NCBI RefSeq assembly: GCF_030028105.1
Contig: NC_092370.1
Coordinates: 82,294,969-82,358,968, forward strand
Source of the DNA: Mobula birostris
Lineage: Eukaryota
Direction of reading: 5' to 3'
Length of the DNA: 64,000 nt
Under the pieces are notes generated by a model, which did not search any database, was not told the DNA's origin, and saw only the letters and a program-made list of their open reading frames with translations. How positions within the stretch are numbered: the first letter of the stretch is position 1; each line of letters opens with the position of its first letter. The position numbers were made by a program, and so were the translations under genes. Below, one piece after another: positions 51,093 through 63,653 of this stretch.

Positions 51093-51785
51093 AGACCATA
51101 AGACCGTAAGACATTGGAGGAGAATTAGGCCATTTGGCCAATTGAGTCTGCTCTGCCATTTGATCATGGCTGATCCATTTGCCTCTCAACCCCATCCTCA
51201 TGCCTTTTCCCCGTAACCATTCACACCCTGACTTATCAACCTCCGCCTTAACTGCTCTTAATTACTTGGCCTCATACCCGTATGTAGCAATTAATTCCAC
51301 AGAATCAACACCCCCTGAATAAATAAATTCCTTCTCAGCTCCATTCTAAGTAGACATCCCTCTATTCTGAGGTTACGCCCTCTGGTCCTAAACTCCCCAC
51401 TGTAGGAAATATCCTCTCTACATCCACTCTGTCTAGGCCTTTCAACATTCGATAGGTTTCAATGAGATTTCCCCCCTCCCCCTCATTCTAAATTCCAGCG
51501 AGTACAGGCCTAGCCCAGAACAATCAAACGCTCCTCATATGATAAGATTTTCATTCCAGGAAACCATTTTCGTGAACTTCCTTTGAAACCTCTCCAATAT
51601 CAGCACATCCTTTCTTAGATAATGGGTACAATAGTACTCTTAGGAAATGAGTATTGCTCACAATACTCCAATTGAGGCCTCTCCAGTGCTTTATGAAGCC
51701 TCAGCATTACATTGTTGCTTTTATACTCTACTGCTCTGGAAATGAATGCAAACATTTGTGTTCGTTACTGCCAACTCAACCTACA
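51093..51785 (-). mobile_element. CR1 3' fragment
   Basis: agaccataagaccgtaagacattggagga... followed by the ORF2 C-terminus. Confidence 0.8.
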
Positions 51786-51816
51786 ATTAAGAATATAGAA
51801 CATAGAACATAGAAGT

Positions 51817-52155
51817 CTGTTGTTGTGTAGCTTGCCAAGCTGCTAGTTAGCTTGCAGGCGTTTCGTTACCCTGCTAGGCAACATCATCGGTGCAACTTTG
51901 AATGAAGTGTTGATGATCTACATTGTTCGGCTTTTATGTGTCCTGTGATTAGTCAGTTTGTGTGTGTGTGTGTGTGTAAACGGACTAATCACAGGACACA
52001 TAAAAGACGAACTATGTAGATCACCAACACTTCATTCGAAGTTACACCGATGATGTTGTCTAGCAGGGTAACGAAACGCCTGCAAGCTAACAAGCCAGCT
52101 TGGTGAGTCACTCAACAACAGCATCCTCAACCCGAGGTACAAACTTTTTTCAACA
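51817..52155. mobile_element. PLE-derived palindrome (second family) with a (GT)9 spacer and a hammerhead-like motif on each strand
   Basis: Arms 51817-51959 and 51978-52121 are about 90% reverse-complementary. Each contains CCGATGA-t-stem II-GAAACGCC. One arm has a ~30-nt extension. Confidence 0.8.
51960..51977. repeat. (GT)9 microsatellite
   Basis: Read directly from the sequence. Confidence 0.95.
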
Positions 52156-55100
52156 TCACACAGAACTCTACAGCACATTACAGGTCTTTTGGCCCACAAT
52201 GTTGTGCCGACCATGTAACCTACTCCAGAAACTGCCTAGTATTTCCCTACCGCTTATTCCTCTATTTTTCTAAGCTCCATGTATCTATCTAAAAGTCTAT
52301 TAATTAAAAACTCTATTATATCCTCCTCTACCATCGTCGCAGTGCAATCCACTCACCCACCAATCTCTGTGTGAAATACTTACCTCTGGATACCTATTTC
52401 CGTGACCCCTCGTGTTAGCCATTTCAGCCCTGAGAAAAAGCCTCTGGCTATCCAGATGATCAATGCCTCTCATCATCTTATACACCTCTATCAAGTCACC
52501 TTTCAACCTCCGTCACTTGACAAGGAGAGAAGGCCAAGTTCACTCAACCTGTTCTCATAAGGCATGCTCTCCAATCCAGGCAACATCCTTGTAAATCTCC
52601 TCTGCACTCTCTCTATAGTATCCACATCCTTCCTGTGGTGAGGTGACCAGAACTGAACACAGTATTCCAAGTGGGGTCTAGCTAAGGTCTTATATAGCTG
52701 TAACACTACTCCACAGCTCTTGAACTTAATCCCACAGTTGATGAAGGCCAACACACCATACGCTTTCTTAACCACGCTGCATAGCAGCTTTGAGTACCCT
52801 ATGGACATGGATCCCGAGATCTCTCTGGTCCTCCGCACTGCCAAGGGTCTTACCATTAATACTATGTTCTGTCTTTAAATTTGACCTGCCGGAATGAACC
52901 ACTTAACACTTATCTGGGCTGAACTCCATCTGCCATATCTCAGTTCTGCATCCCATCAATGTCCCGCTGTAACCTCTGAGAACCCTCTGAAATATTCACA
53001 CCCCCCCCCCAACTTTTGTGTTGTCAGCAAACATACTAATCCACCCTTCAACTTCCTCATCCAGGTCATTTATAAAAATCACAAAGAGGAGGGGTCTCAG
53101 AACAAATCCCTGCAGAACACCACTGGTCGCTGACTTCCATGCAATATACGATCCATCTATAACCACCCTTCTGGGGGCCATTCAAGTCTGGATCCACAAA
53201 GCAAGGTCTCCTTGGATCCCATGCCTCCTTACTTTTTGAATGAGCCTTGCATGGGAAACCTTATCAAATATTAAAATCCAATACACTACATCCACTGCTG
53301 TACCTTCATCAATGTGTTTTGTTATATCCTCAAAGAATTGAATCAGACTCATAAGGCATGACCTGCCCTTGACAAAGCCATGCTGACTATCCCTAATCAG
53401 ATAATGTCTCTCCAAATGCTCATAAATCCTGCCTTTCAGGATCTTCTCCTACAACTTGCCCACTTGTATATCTCATCCGGACCCAGTGATTTATCTAACT
53501 TAATGCTTTTCAAAAGCTCCAGCACACCGACTTTCTTAATGTTTATATGCTCAAATATTTCAGTCCACTGTAGGTCATACCCACAATTGCCAAGGTCCTT
53601 TTCCCTGGTGAATACTGAAGCAAAGTATTCATTAAGTACCTTCACTACCTCCTCTGACTCCATGCATACGCTTGCACTATTGCACCTGATTTGTCCTACC
53701 CTCACATGGCTCATCCTCTTGCCCTTCGCATACTTATAGAATGCCTTGGGGTTTTCTTCAATCTTGCTCGCAAAGGCCTTCTCATGGCCCCTTCTAGCTC
53801 TCCTAATTTTATTCTTAAGCTCCTTCCTGACAACCTTGTAATTTTCTATAGCTCCAACAGTACCTAGTTTCTCTTACCTTTCATAATTGTTTCTTTACTT
53901 CTTAGCTAGATTCTCTACATCCTTTGTACACCATGGTTCTTTTACCCTACCATCCTTTCCCTGCCTCAATGGAACATACCTGTGCAGAACGCCATGCAAA
54001 TGTCCCCTGAACATTTGCCACATTTCTGCTGTGCATTTCCCTGAAAAATCTGCTCCCAATTTATGCCTCCAAGTTCCTGCCTAATAGCATCATATTTCCC
54101 CCTACCCCAATTAAATATTTGCCCAAATTGTCTGCCCTATCCCTCTCCAGCACTATGGTAGAGGAGACAGAGTTGTGATCACTACCTCCAAAGTGCTCTC
54201 CCACCAAGAAATCTGATCCCTGACCAATAGCAGTTCAAGTACAGCCGCTCCTTAAATTGACTTATCTACATATTGCATCAGGAAACCTTCCTCAATGCAT
54301 CTAACAAACTCCATCCCATCCAAACCCCTTGCTCTAAGGAGATGCCAGTCAATTTAGGAAAGTTAAAATCCCACATCACAACAACCCTATTATTATTGCA
54401 CCATTCCAGAATCTGCCTCCCTATCTGCTCCTTGATGTCTCTATTACTATTGAGGGTCTATAAAAAAAACACCCAGTAGAATTATTGCCCCCTTCCTGTT
54501 TCTGACTTCCACCCACAATGACTCAGTAGACAATCCCTCCATGACTTCTTCCTTTTTTGCAGCTGTGATATTATCCTTGATTAGCAATGCCACGCCCCCC
54601 ACCTCTTTTGCTTCCCTCCCTGTCTTTTTTGAAACATCTAAAGCCCGGCACACTCAGCACCCATTCCTGCCCCCGAGACATCCAAGTCTCTGTAATGGCC
54701 GCAATGTCATAGTTCTGTGTATTGATGCACGCTCTTAAGTTCATCCGCCTCGTTTAGGATGCTCCTTGCATTAAAATAGAGACATCTCAAACCATCTGGT
54801 TAAGTGCATCTTTGGTCTATCATCTGCCTATCCTTCCTCACAAACTCTCTACAATCTGTCCCTACTTGTGCACCAACTGCCCCAACCTCTGCCTCTTCAC
54901 TTGGTGCCCACACTGCTCCAAACCTAGTTCAAACCTTCCCCAACAGCATTAGCAAACCTTCCTCTCAGGATATTGGTTTCCTTCCAGTTCGGGTACAACC
55001 TGTCCCAAATGTACAGGTCTCCCCTTCCCCAGAAAAGGTTCCATGATCCAAGAACTTGAAACCCTGTCCCCTATACCATTAATACTATCTCCTCAGCCAC

Positions 55101-56089
55101 TCATTCGTCTGTGGTATCTTCTTGTTCTGACCTTACCTAGCTCGTGGCACTGGGTGTAATCTGGAGATTACCACCTTGGAGGTCCTGCTCTTCAGCCTCC
55201 TTTCTAACTCCTTAAACTTACTGTGCAGGACCTTTACCCCGTTCCTTCCTATGTCATTGGTACCAAGTATACCACGACCTCTGCCTGCTCACTCTCCCTT
55301 TCAAGAATATTCTGCAACTACTCAGAGACATCCTGGACCCTAGCACCCAGGAGGCAACACACTATCCTGATGTCTCTTTTGCTGCCACAGAATCTCCTAT
55401 CTGTCCCCCTAACTATCGAGTCCCCTATGACTATTGCTTCGCCTGACTTCACCCTACTCTTCTGAAACTCAAAGCTGACCACAGTGCTATTAGTCTGGCT
55501 GCTACTGTTGGCTTGCCCAGATAGGCTATCCCTCTCAGCAGTATCCAAAGGGGTATACCTTTTGCTGAAGGGAATGGTCACAAAGGGGAACCCTGTATTT
55601 TCTTTCTCCCTTTACCTCTCTCAGTGCTCACCTATCTAGTCCCTGAATTCTGCGCTCTGGGTGTAACCACCTGCTTAAAAGTCTTACCTATCAATTACTC
55701 TGCCTCTTGGATGATCCTTAGTTCATCCATCTCCAGTTCCAGCTCCTTAATGCAGTCTTTCAGGAGCTGGAGTTGGTTGCACTTCCCACAGGTATAGTCA
55801 AAAGGGAGACCACCAGGTTCCATGAATTCCCACAACCTATAGGAGGACCATTCCACTGCCATATCTTCCATCCTGTCTGTACTGTACTATGAGCAACCAA
55901 GACCAAATCAGCAATAACAAAAGGAAAAACCTACCCTTCTTACCTGTTTCTTTGGCCTCAGCCTCTTTTCATTGAAGCCTCTTGAGTCAAAGCCTCTAAG
56001 TTCCCTCTCTGTTTTTAGACCCCAGTCCAACAATGGCCGCTCCACTAGACCATATCTCTCAATTGCAATTTAAAAAATAAACTATTTGC

Positions 56090-57668
56090 TTGATCCCCCC
56101 CCCCATTACTACCTCTCTAATGCCATTTTCCAGAGGCCCGATATCTACTCTTGCCCCACTTTTTATATAACTGAAAAACTTTTGGTATCTTCTTTGAAAT
56201 TTTTGGGTAGCTTACCTTCATACTTCATCTTTTCTCTCCTTATGGCTTTTTGTCATTACCTTCAGTTTGTTTTTAAAATCTTCCTAATCCTCTAACTTTC
56301 CACTAATTTTTTGCTCTATTACATGCCTTGTCTTTTATTTTTATGGTGGCTTTGACTTCCCTTGTCAGCCATGGTTGTATCATCCTTGGGATGTATCTAT
56401 CCTGTGGTGTCCAAATTTCTCCCAGGAACTCCAGACATTGTTGTTATGCCGTCATCCCTTCCAGTGTTCCCTTCCAATCAACTTTGGCCAGCTCCTCTCC
56501 CATGCATCTGTAATTCTCTTTACTCTACTATGATACTGATACATTTGATTATAGCTTCTCCCTCTCAAATTGCAGGGTGAGCTCTATCATATTAAGGTTG
56601 TCATAGTTGAAGGTGCTAATTGGGACAAGCTCCCACTACCTATTAAATGCTCCCAATGGTATGCTCCTCAAATAGTCTCTGACAACCAAAGTCCAGCTCC
56701 TGGCAGAACTGTTTCTACTGACAGGAGAAGGGGCAAAGGTGGGTTACTGGTGTCTTAAAATTAGTTGCTTTGGGCTGATGGGTCTCATTACCTGTGGTTG
56801 GCAGCTCATCTAGGAGAAGGAAAACTCCTGATCCCAAAGCTCCGCTTGCCTTGCAGCTATACCTACTCATGAAGGAAGCTTTGGGAGTAAACCCCGAGGG
56901 AAAAATATATGGAGCTGCAGTCCCAAAGGCAGTCTGACATTGAGTTCAATGTTGACTGGCAACTCCTGCTGGTACCAAACTGAATTGGTCTCTACCGTTC
57001 CTTTGGGTTGATCAGTTGCGTGGAGAGGGGTAGCTTGCTCTCTATATCGTACTGCTGAGGCTTGCGTATCTAGACAGCTAGAATGCAATATCCATGGCCA
57101 ACTCTGACTGACAGAGGCCCTCACTTCACTATCATATTATGATCACTGCCTCCTAAGGGTTCCTTTACCTTAAGCTTCCTAAACAAATCCAATTCATTTT
57201 ACAGCACCTCTTCTCTTTTCCTCCCTAAATCATTAGCACCAAAATGTACCAAGATTTCTGGCTGCTCACCCTCCCCCTTTCAAATTCTCTCAACCCGATC
57301 CGAGACATCCCTGACCCTCACACCTGGAAGGCAACATACCATTTGGGGGTCTATTGCATGAACAGAATCTCATGTCTAGTCTTCTAACTATGGAACCCGT
57401 TATCACTACTGCAGTCCTCCTTTCTGAGCCGGAGCACCAGGCTCTGTGCCAGAGACCTCATCGCTGCGGCTGCCCCCAGTTGGTCCCCCCACAAACAGTA
57501 GCCAAAGTGAGGGGAAGGGCCACAGGGGTACTCTGCTCTGGCTGCTGATTTTCTTTCCCTCTCATGACAGTCACCCAGGTACCTGCCTCCTGCAACTTAG
57601 GGGTGACCACCTCCCTCTAGATCCTATCCATCACCTCCTCAGTTTTCTGTATTAGCCGATGGTTATCA
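56090..57668 (-). mobile_element. Fragmented CR1 (APE/linker and ORF1 pieces)
   Basis: Reverse-complement remnants of SDHN, PWLT and CCLPGVRVRDVS. Confidence 0.65.
56595..57128 (+). mobile_element. Non-coding RTE-derived short retroelement with an 11-bp TSD
   Basis: TSD ctatcatatta (56584-56594 / 57129-57139). Carries an RTE 5'UTR-type motif ggttggcagctcatctaggagaaggaaaactc and a short TCAC-type tail. Confidence 0.7.
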
Positions 57669-57669
57669 A

Positions 57670-58160
57670 GCTGCAGCACCATTTATGCTGTTAAGCTTCA
57701 CCTTATAGGAATTAATGGTGTGGAAACCCTGCCACAATTGCAGTGGTCTCTAACTTCACTCATAATTGCCTTTTTGCTTTCACCTGGACTCATCGGCTTC
57801 TGGGCCACTGGTCCTGAACAGCCCACAGCAGACTGCAAGTCTCCTGGTTCATTCAGGGCTTCTGGTTTGAGAAAACTTCGTATGTTCTCAAAGGCACACC
57901 CTCATCACTCTGGTCTTGATAAAGTCAGTGATAGATGCAGCATATTAATTCCAAACCAAATATTGTCCAGTCCACTGATTCACATGACCTCCCAAGACCG
58001 TACCTTCATGGTCATCACCAGTGGTGCTGTGGCTCTCAGTTGCTGCCTATATTCTGGGAGTCGAAGTACAGCCAGGTGAACAATCTTGCTAAAAATACGG
58101 TCACAGACTGGCACAGTGAGCATTCTTGGTTATTGTGTAACAGTCACCAAGTGTGTTTCC
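57670..58160 (-). mobile_element. Rex1/Babar APE C-terminus and linker fragment
   Basis: Minus-strand remnants of NTLxxCYT, ESVDWTIF, FxNQKPxMNQE and QLWQGF. Confidence 0.6.
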
Positions 58161-59743
58161 GAGCTAATTCTTTTTTCCGCTTGATTCGATGTTACCAACA
58201 CTGAGCCCCTGAGGAAACCTACAGCTGATGTGACCTGCAACTTGGTCATCTCTGAGGCCAAAGTTCACAGATGATCCAACGAGTGGACAGTTGCAAGGCT
58301 GTAAGACCGGATGGCATCCCAGGGCGGGTACTCAGAGTGTGCATGGCACAACTGGCAGGTGTATTTACAGACAGTTTTAATCTCTCCCTCTCCCAGTGTA
58401 GAGTACCCTCCTGCTTCAAAACATTCACCATTGTTTCAGTACCTAAAAAGACTAAGGTAACATATCTGAATGTCTGATGTCCTGTTGCACTCACCTTAAT
58501 TATAAGCAAATGCTTTGAGAGGCTGGTCAAAGACTACATCTGCAGATCTGCAGCATGCTACCACCCACACTGGACCCCCTACAATTCATCTATCGACACA
58601 ACTAATCGACAGATGACCACAATAACGACAGCTCTACACACCGTCCTTATACATCTGGAAAAGAAGGATGCTTATTTGAGAATGCTGAACACCATAATTC
58701 CCTCCAGGCTTGGCAAGGAGCTCAGAGACCTTGGCCTTCACCCTGCATTGTGTAGCTGGATCCTGGACTTCCTGTCAGATCGCTGGCAGGTGGAAAGAGT
58801 GGGCTCCCTCACCTCTGCCCCTCTGACTCTCAACACAGATGCCCCTCAGGGCTGCGTACTAAGCCCCCTCCTTTACCCTCTGTATACCCATGACCGTGTT
58901 GCCACCCACAGCTCCAATCTGGTAATTAAATTTGCTGACAACACTTCACTGATTGGCCTAATCTCAAATAATAATGAGGCAGCCTACAGAGAAGAAGTCA
59001 TTACCCTGACACAGTAGTGTCAAGAAAACAACCTCTCCCTCAATGTCGCAAAAACAAAGGAGCTGGTTGTGGACTACAGGAGGAATGGAGACAGGCTAGC
59101 CCCTATTCACATCAATGGATATGGAATTGAAAGGGCGAACAGCTTTAAATTCCTCGGCATAAACATCACAGTGGATCTCACATGGTCTGTACGTACCGGC
59201 AGTGTGGTGAAAAAGGCACAACCGCGCCTCTTTCACCTCAGACAGTTGAAGAAGTTTGGTTTGGGCTCCCAGGGGCACAATTGAGAGCACCCTGACTGGC
59301 TGCATCACTGCCTGGTACGAGAATTGTACTTCCTCCAATCGCAGGACACTGCAGGAGAGTGGTGCCCAGCGCATCTGTAGATGTGAACTTACCACTATTC
59401 AGAACATTTACAAAGGCAGGTGTGTAAAAAGGGCCCGGAGGATCTTTGGGGAACTGAGTCACCCCAACCACAAACTGTTCCAGCTGCTACAATCTGGGAA
59501 ACAGTACAGCAGCATAAAAACCAGGACCAACAGGCTCTGGGACAGCGTCTTCTACCAGGCCATCAGACTGATTAATTCATGCTGACACAACTGTATTTCT
59601 GTTATATTGACTGTCCTGTTGTACATATGATTTATTATAAATTACTATAAATTGCACATTGCACGTTTAGATGGAGATGTAACGTAAAGATTTTTACTAC
59701 TCATGTATATGAAGGATGTAGGTAATAACGTCAATTCAATTCA
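58161..59743 (+). mobile_element. Rex1/Babar LINE, RT domain to 3' tail
   Basis: KAVRPDGIPGRVLR, FNLSLSQCRVPSCFK, APQGCVLSPLLY, KFADN and FKFLGINIT motifs; (AATTC)n tail. Confidence 0.9.
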
Positions 59744-59969
59744 GTGCTCTGGTTCTATAGGTGACATGCTGGTGATGGTCAGAGACTCCTTCATGCTGGC
59801 CTTCAATGTAGTCTGTTTCCAGAATGATACCACAATCAGAATCAAAATCAAATTTAATATCACCAGCATATGTCGTGAAACTTCTTAACACTCCACCAAG
59901 TTAAATGTCTTGCTTAATATAATCTTGGTTTGGATGCTCTAGAAGCTCATTTTGAGGAAGAATGGATAA

Positions 59970-60165
59970 TGTTTTTCCCAGTGTGCAGCCAATACTTATT
60001 TCTCCATTAACATCTTAAAAGCAGGTCATCAGTACTGTATCTTTTTTTTCTACTGTTGGAATCTTGCTAATTGCTTCATTCCTGCACTCACTAACTTGAT
60101 GACATTGGTTGTAGAGATTTTGAGGCATTCTGCAAGCGTGAGAGGGACTTTATGTATGCAGCCCG
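59970..60165 (+). mobile_element. Ancient SacSINE1/Deu-SINE-like 3' remnant
   Basis: Degenerate ...gccaatacttatttctccattaacatc...cattggttgtagag..ttttgaggcattctg...gtgagagggactttat. Confidence 0.4.
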
Positions 60166-60209
60166 TTAATTATTTTTGTTTCTTAGTTGCTAGCTACCAT
60201 TTACAGGGG

Positions 60210-60480
60210 TGCCCTTATAGAATGGAACTGAGAAGAAATTTCTTCAGCAGTAAGTGGTGAATCTGTGAAATTCTTTGCCACAGGCAGCTGTGGAGGCCAA
60301 GTCTTTATGCATATTGAAGGCAGAGATTGATAGATTCTTGATTGGTCAGGGCATGAAGGGATACAGAGAGATGCTTGGATATTGAGGCTGAGAAGAAAAT
60401 TGGATCAGCCATGACGAAATGGCAGAGCAGACTTGATGGGCCAAATGACCTATTTCTGCTCTTCTATCTCATGGTCTTAT
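60210..60480 (+). mobile_element. CR1 3' fragment
   Basis: gagaagaaatttcttcagc...gatgggccaaatgacctatttctgctc. Confidence 0.8.
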
Positions 60481-60664
60481 CTCATCTGTTTTTAACTTTA
60501 AGTGATAAAAATGTTGCAATTTGATGTACAAATGATGTTATGAAAATTCACCTAAGAAAATTAGAAGTGAGGCAATGGATGGCCGGCAATCAAATGTCCG
60601 TGCTATTTGATTGCCAGTGCTATTTCATTTTGTTAGAATTTAATATAAGCAATTTAAGTAACAC

Positions 60665-61086
60665 AGATTAACCCCCGCCCCCATTACAGGGGTTTGTGTT
60701 CCTAGAAAATCTCTCTGGTGCTGCTGCAACTTATTTTCTGCTACTTATCTATTTAATACTGTTTTTCTATTTCTGTCTTGTTTTTATCTACCGCTTTATT
60801 TAATTGCCTGAGAGGAAGCCAGAGTTTCTTTGTACCTATGTATAATGACAATAAAGAACATTCAATTCAATTCAAAATGGCCCATACTATGATTTTCTGT
60901 AATGTAAATACATCTCATCTGCATATGTGCATAAGTTGAAATTTATTGTAATTCATTATTTACTTTCCCCCACCACACTTAATTTTTGTAAGAGCAAGCG
61001 TTACTTTGGATCTCAAGTAGTGATCCGTAAATTGTATAAAGGCAAATTTTCATTACACAAATGCTTGTAACAGAAGGAATTCCTGT
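60665..61086. mobile_element. Possible Tigger-like MITE with a nested Rex 3' tail (~60711-60873)
   Basis: Degenerate CAG...CTG|TA ends. The nested aataaa + (ATTCA)n tail is flanked by aaaat. Confidence 0.4.
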
Positions 61087-61639
61087 AATTTATTTGTATT
61101 ATTGAATTCCACTTTTAGTATCAGGTTATTCTGAAATATATTGTCCCTCTCTAAAATTCCTTTGACGTTGATAATATAATAAACTAAATCGTTTGAGTTT
61201 GCGTGTGAGCCATTGTCATCCCACTGTATATCTCTTTGTGAGGGCTCTGTGGCTTAACTCTGACAATCTCCTGCCTGCTGTGCTCCATAAACTAAAACCA
61301 ATAATATATGCATTTTGAAGAAGGAATACTTTGTTTAATAATTCAACAAACTATTGAGGTAGCTACATCTCTCTATTAACATGCACGTGTTAAACATTGC
61401 AATGGGTTTCGCCATGTGCCGAATACACATCAAATCAAAAAAGAAATGTAACCAAAGTATTTTTTAAGTATTGGCTACAAGCATTTGCTTAAAATAGCAA
61501 CAAAAACTCAAGGTACATCTTCAGACTATATATGTTAATATTTTCGAGACTGAACATTGGACTTAAATACTTAAAATTATGAGTAATTCTGCCATTTTTA
61601 TATCTGATCTCCAGTATATCTGAACTTAAAGGTGGTAAT

Positions 61640-62205
61640 TACAGAAAACAAAAGAGCTGATTATTGACTTCAGGAAGGTGGTGGGGGGTGGGGGGATGTG
61701 GTGCACATGCTTCTGTTTATGTCAGTGGTGCTGAGGTCGAGAGGTTTGAGAGCTTTAAGTTCCTAGGACTGAATATCACCAAAAGCTTGTCCTGGTCCAA
61801 CTACATTGACACTATGGCCAGGAAAGCTCAGCAGTACCCCTACTTCATCAGGAGGCTGAAGAAATTTGACATGTCCTCATTGACCCTCACCAATTTTTAT
61901 CAATGCACCATATAATGCATCCTGTCTGGGTACATCACTGCTTGACATGACAACTATTTTACCCATAACTGCTAAAAACTGCAAAGAGTTGCAGACACAG
62001 CTCAGCGCATCACAGAATCCAGTCTCCTCTCCATGGACTCTGTCGCTGACTTGGTAAAGCCAGCATAATCAAAGACCCCACACGCCTCAGACATTCTCCC
62101 TACTCCCTCTCCCATTGGGCACAAAATATGTCTTAAGTCTGAAGACGTATACCACCAGGCTCAAGGACAGCTTCTACCTCACTGTTATGACTATTGCATG
62201 GTTCC
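61640..62205 (+). mobile_element. Rex1/Babar 3' fragment
   Basis: GAEVERFESFKFLGLNIT...LRRLKKF...LTNFYQCTI. Confidence 0.8.
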
Positions 62206-62977
62206 CCTAGGCAGTGGGTAAAGTTTTCTTGTAATATGGTTAGTGAGCATAAGAAGTTCACATAGCCAGCTGCAGTGAAGAAAAACACAATAAAGTAGAC
62301 GAGCGCTGACCAAATGGCCATGAAGCTTTGACTTTACACAACATAGCTTGATTGATTGGAACCTAATTTGGAACGAGGGAAACTGCTGGAACTGTCTGAC
62401 TTTCCTGACTAATTTCTCTGCTGCTGCAAGTCTCCTTTTTCACAACCATCTATGCGCTTTGTATTTCTTTGGCTGTAAAGTGCAGGTGGGACATTCCGAA
62501 CTATGAGAAGTGCTATACACATATAATTATTTTTTCTCTTTATCCCTTTCAAATATGTTGCTTTGTCTTGAAGTTTCCTTTCTCTGTCTGTTATCTATAT
62601 TTAACATCAGAGAATATTTCTCTGTGAAGTGAAAAGTAGAAGTCCAGGATATGTGTATAATGGTGGTTAGGTTACTAGTCTAATAATCCGGATGCTAGGG
62701 TTGTTGATCCAGAAACATGTTAATGTCCTATGTTCAGGGAAGTATTCATTCAAGAGATCAGGATGCTACTGCATCCCTGATTACCCCTAAACTGAGAAAT
62801 CCATTGAAAGTCAAGAACATCAGTGCACATGAAGTCATTTATGGCTCAGAAAGGGTAAGGAAGGTTCCCTTCTTACCTGCAGAACTTTAACAGATGAGAT
62901 GTTTCTTATGCATTCTGCCAATTTACAATCACCTTTGCTGTTACTAACTTTTCAGTCTAGACTATATACAACAGTGA

Positions 62978-63178
62978 AGACGCAAGCAACTGTAGATGCT
63001 GAAATCTGGAGCAATGAAAGATCTGCTGAAGGAACACATTGGCTTGGGCAACATCTATAGGAGGATAGGGATTGTTGATGTTTTGGACCCTGATGCAAGG
63101 CTTCGATCTGAAACATTGAAAATTCCTTTCCTCACACACATGCTGCTTGGCCTGCTGATAGGTCCAACAGATAGTTTA
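62978..63178. mobile_element. Decayed PLE-derived fold-back element
   Basis: Inverted arms around cCTGATGCaaggcttcgatctGAAAC; degenerate 15-bp flanking repeat (12/15) at 62963-62977 / 63179-63193. Confidence 0.6.
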
Positions 63179-63229
63179 TAGATAGAATAGTGATTAAGTT
63201 AATGGCTAGCAGAAAAGGCTTCCACCATC

Positions 63230-63525
63230 AGTTTTGGAACATGAGATTAAATCCCACAATGTTGACTTGTGAACTTAAACTCAAATAATTACAGAGCAAA
63301 ATCAAGCCAAGATGATGACCATGTAATAACTGGATGTTTGTAAAACCCCACCTGATTTACTCATGTTCTTCAGGAGTCTCAATCTACCAATCTTACCTGG
63401 TCTACCCTATATGTGACTTCAGACCCATTGACGTCATTGATTTTAATTGCCTCCATAGGTCAAGGGAAATTAGTAATGAACAATAAATGGCATCTTTGCC
63501 AGTAGTGCTCACATACTGTGAATAA
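63230..63525 (+). mobile_element. Old tRNA-derived SINE remnant
   Basis: Degenerate B box, and cttacctggtct...atgtgacttcagaccca...caaggg..attag..atg..caataaatg...tttgccag, which resembles a common shark/ray SINE. Confidence 0.45.
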
Positions 63526-63615
63526 GTTGCTATGATGGGAATCACTAGTTCTGGCCTCTAGCTATGAATCCAGTAAATTAAACACCAAGATAAATAAAAT
63601 CTTAGCCTCCAGTAA

Positions 63616-63653
63616 CAGTCAACATTTCAGGCCAATATTCTTCATCAGGACTG
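63616..63653 (-). ncRNA. Hammerhead-like motif, antisense to VPS13B
   Basis: Minus strand reads cagtc-CTGATGA-agaatattggcct-GAAA-tg-tt-gactg: perfect 5-bp stem I, intact core, decayed stem II. Confidence 0.55.

Larger units (their letters stand above)
51790..56050 (-). mobile_element. Decayed, nearly full-length CR1 LINE (second subfamily)
   Basis: ORF1 esterase (AIVIGDSIVRGTDRRFCG), APE (GGVALLIKDNI) and RT (SQHGFVKGRSC, SMFADN, RPHLEYCVQFWSP). The (TTCTATG)n tail is interrupted by the palindrome at 51817. Confidence 0.9.
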
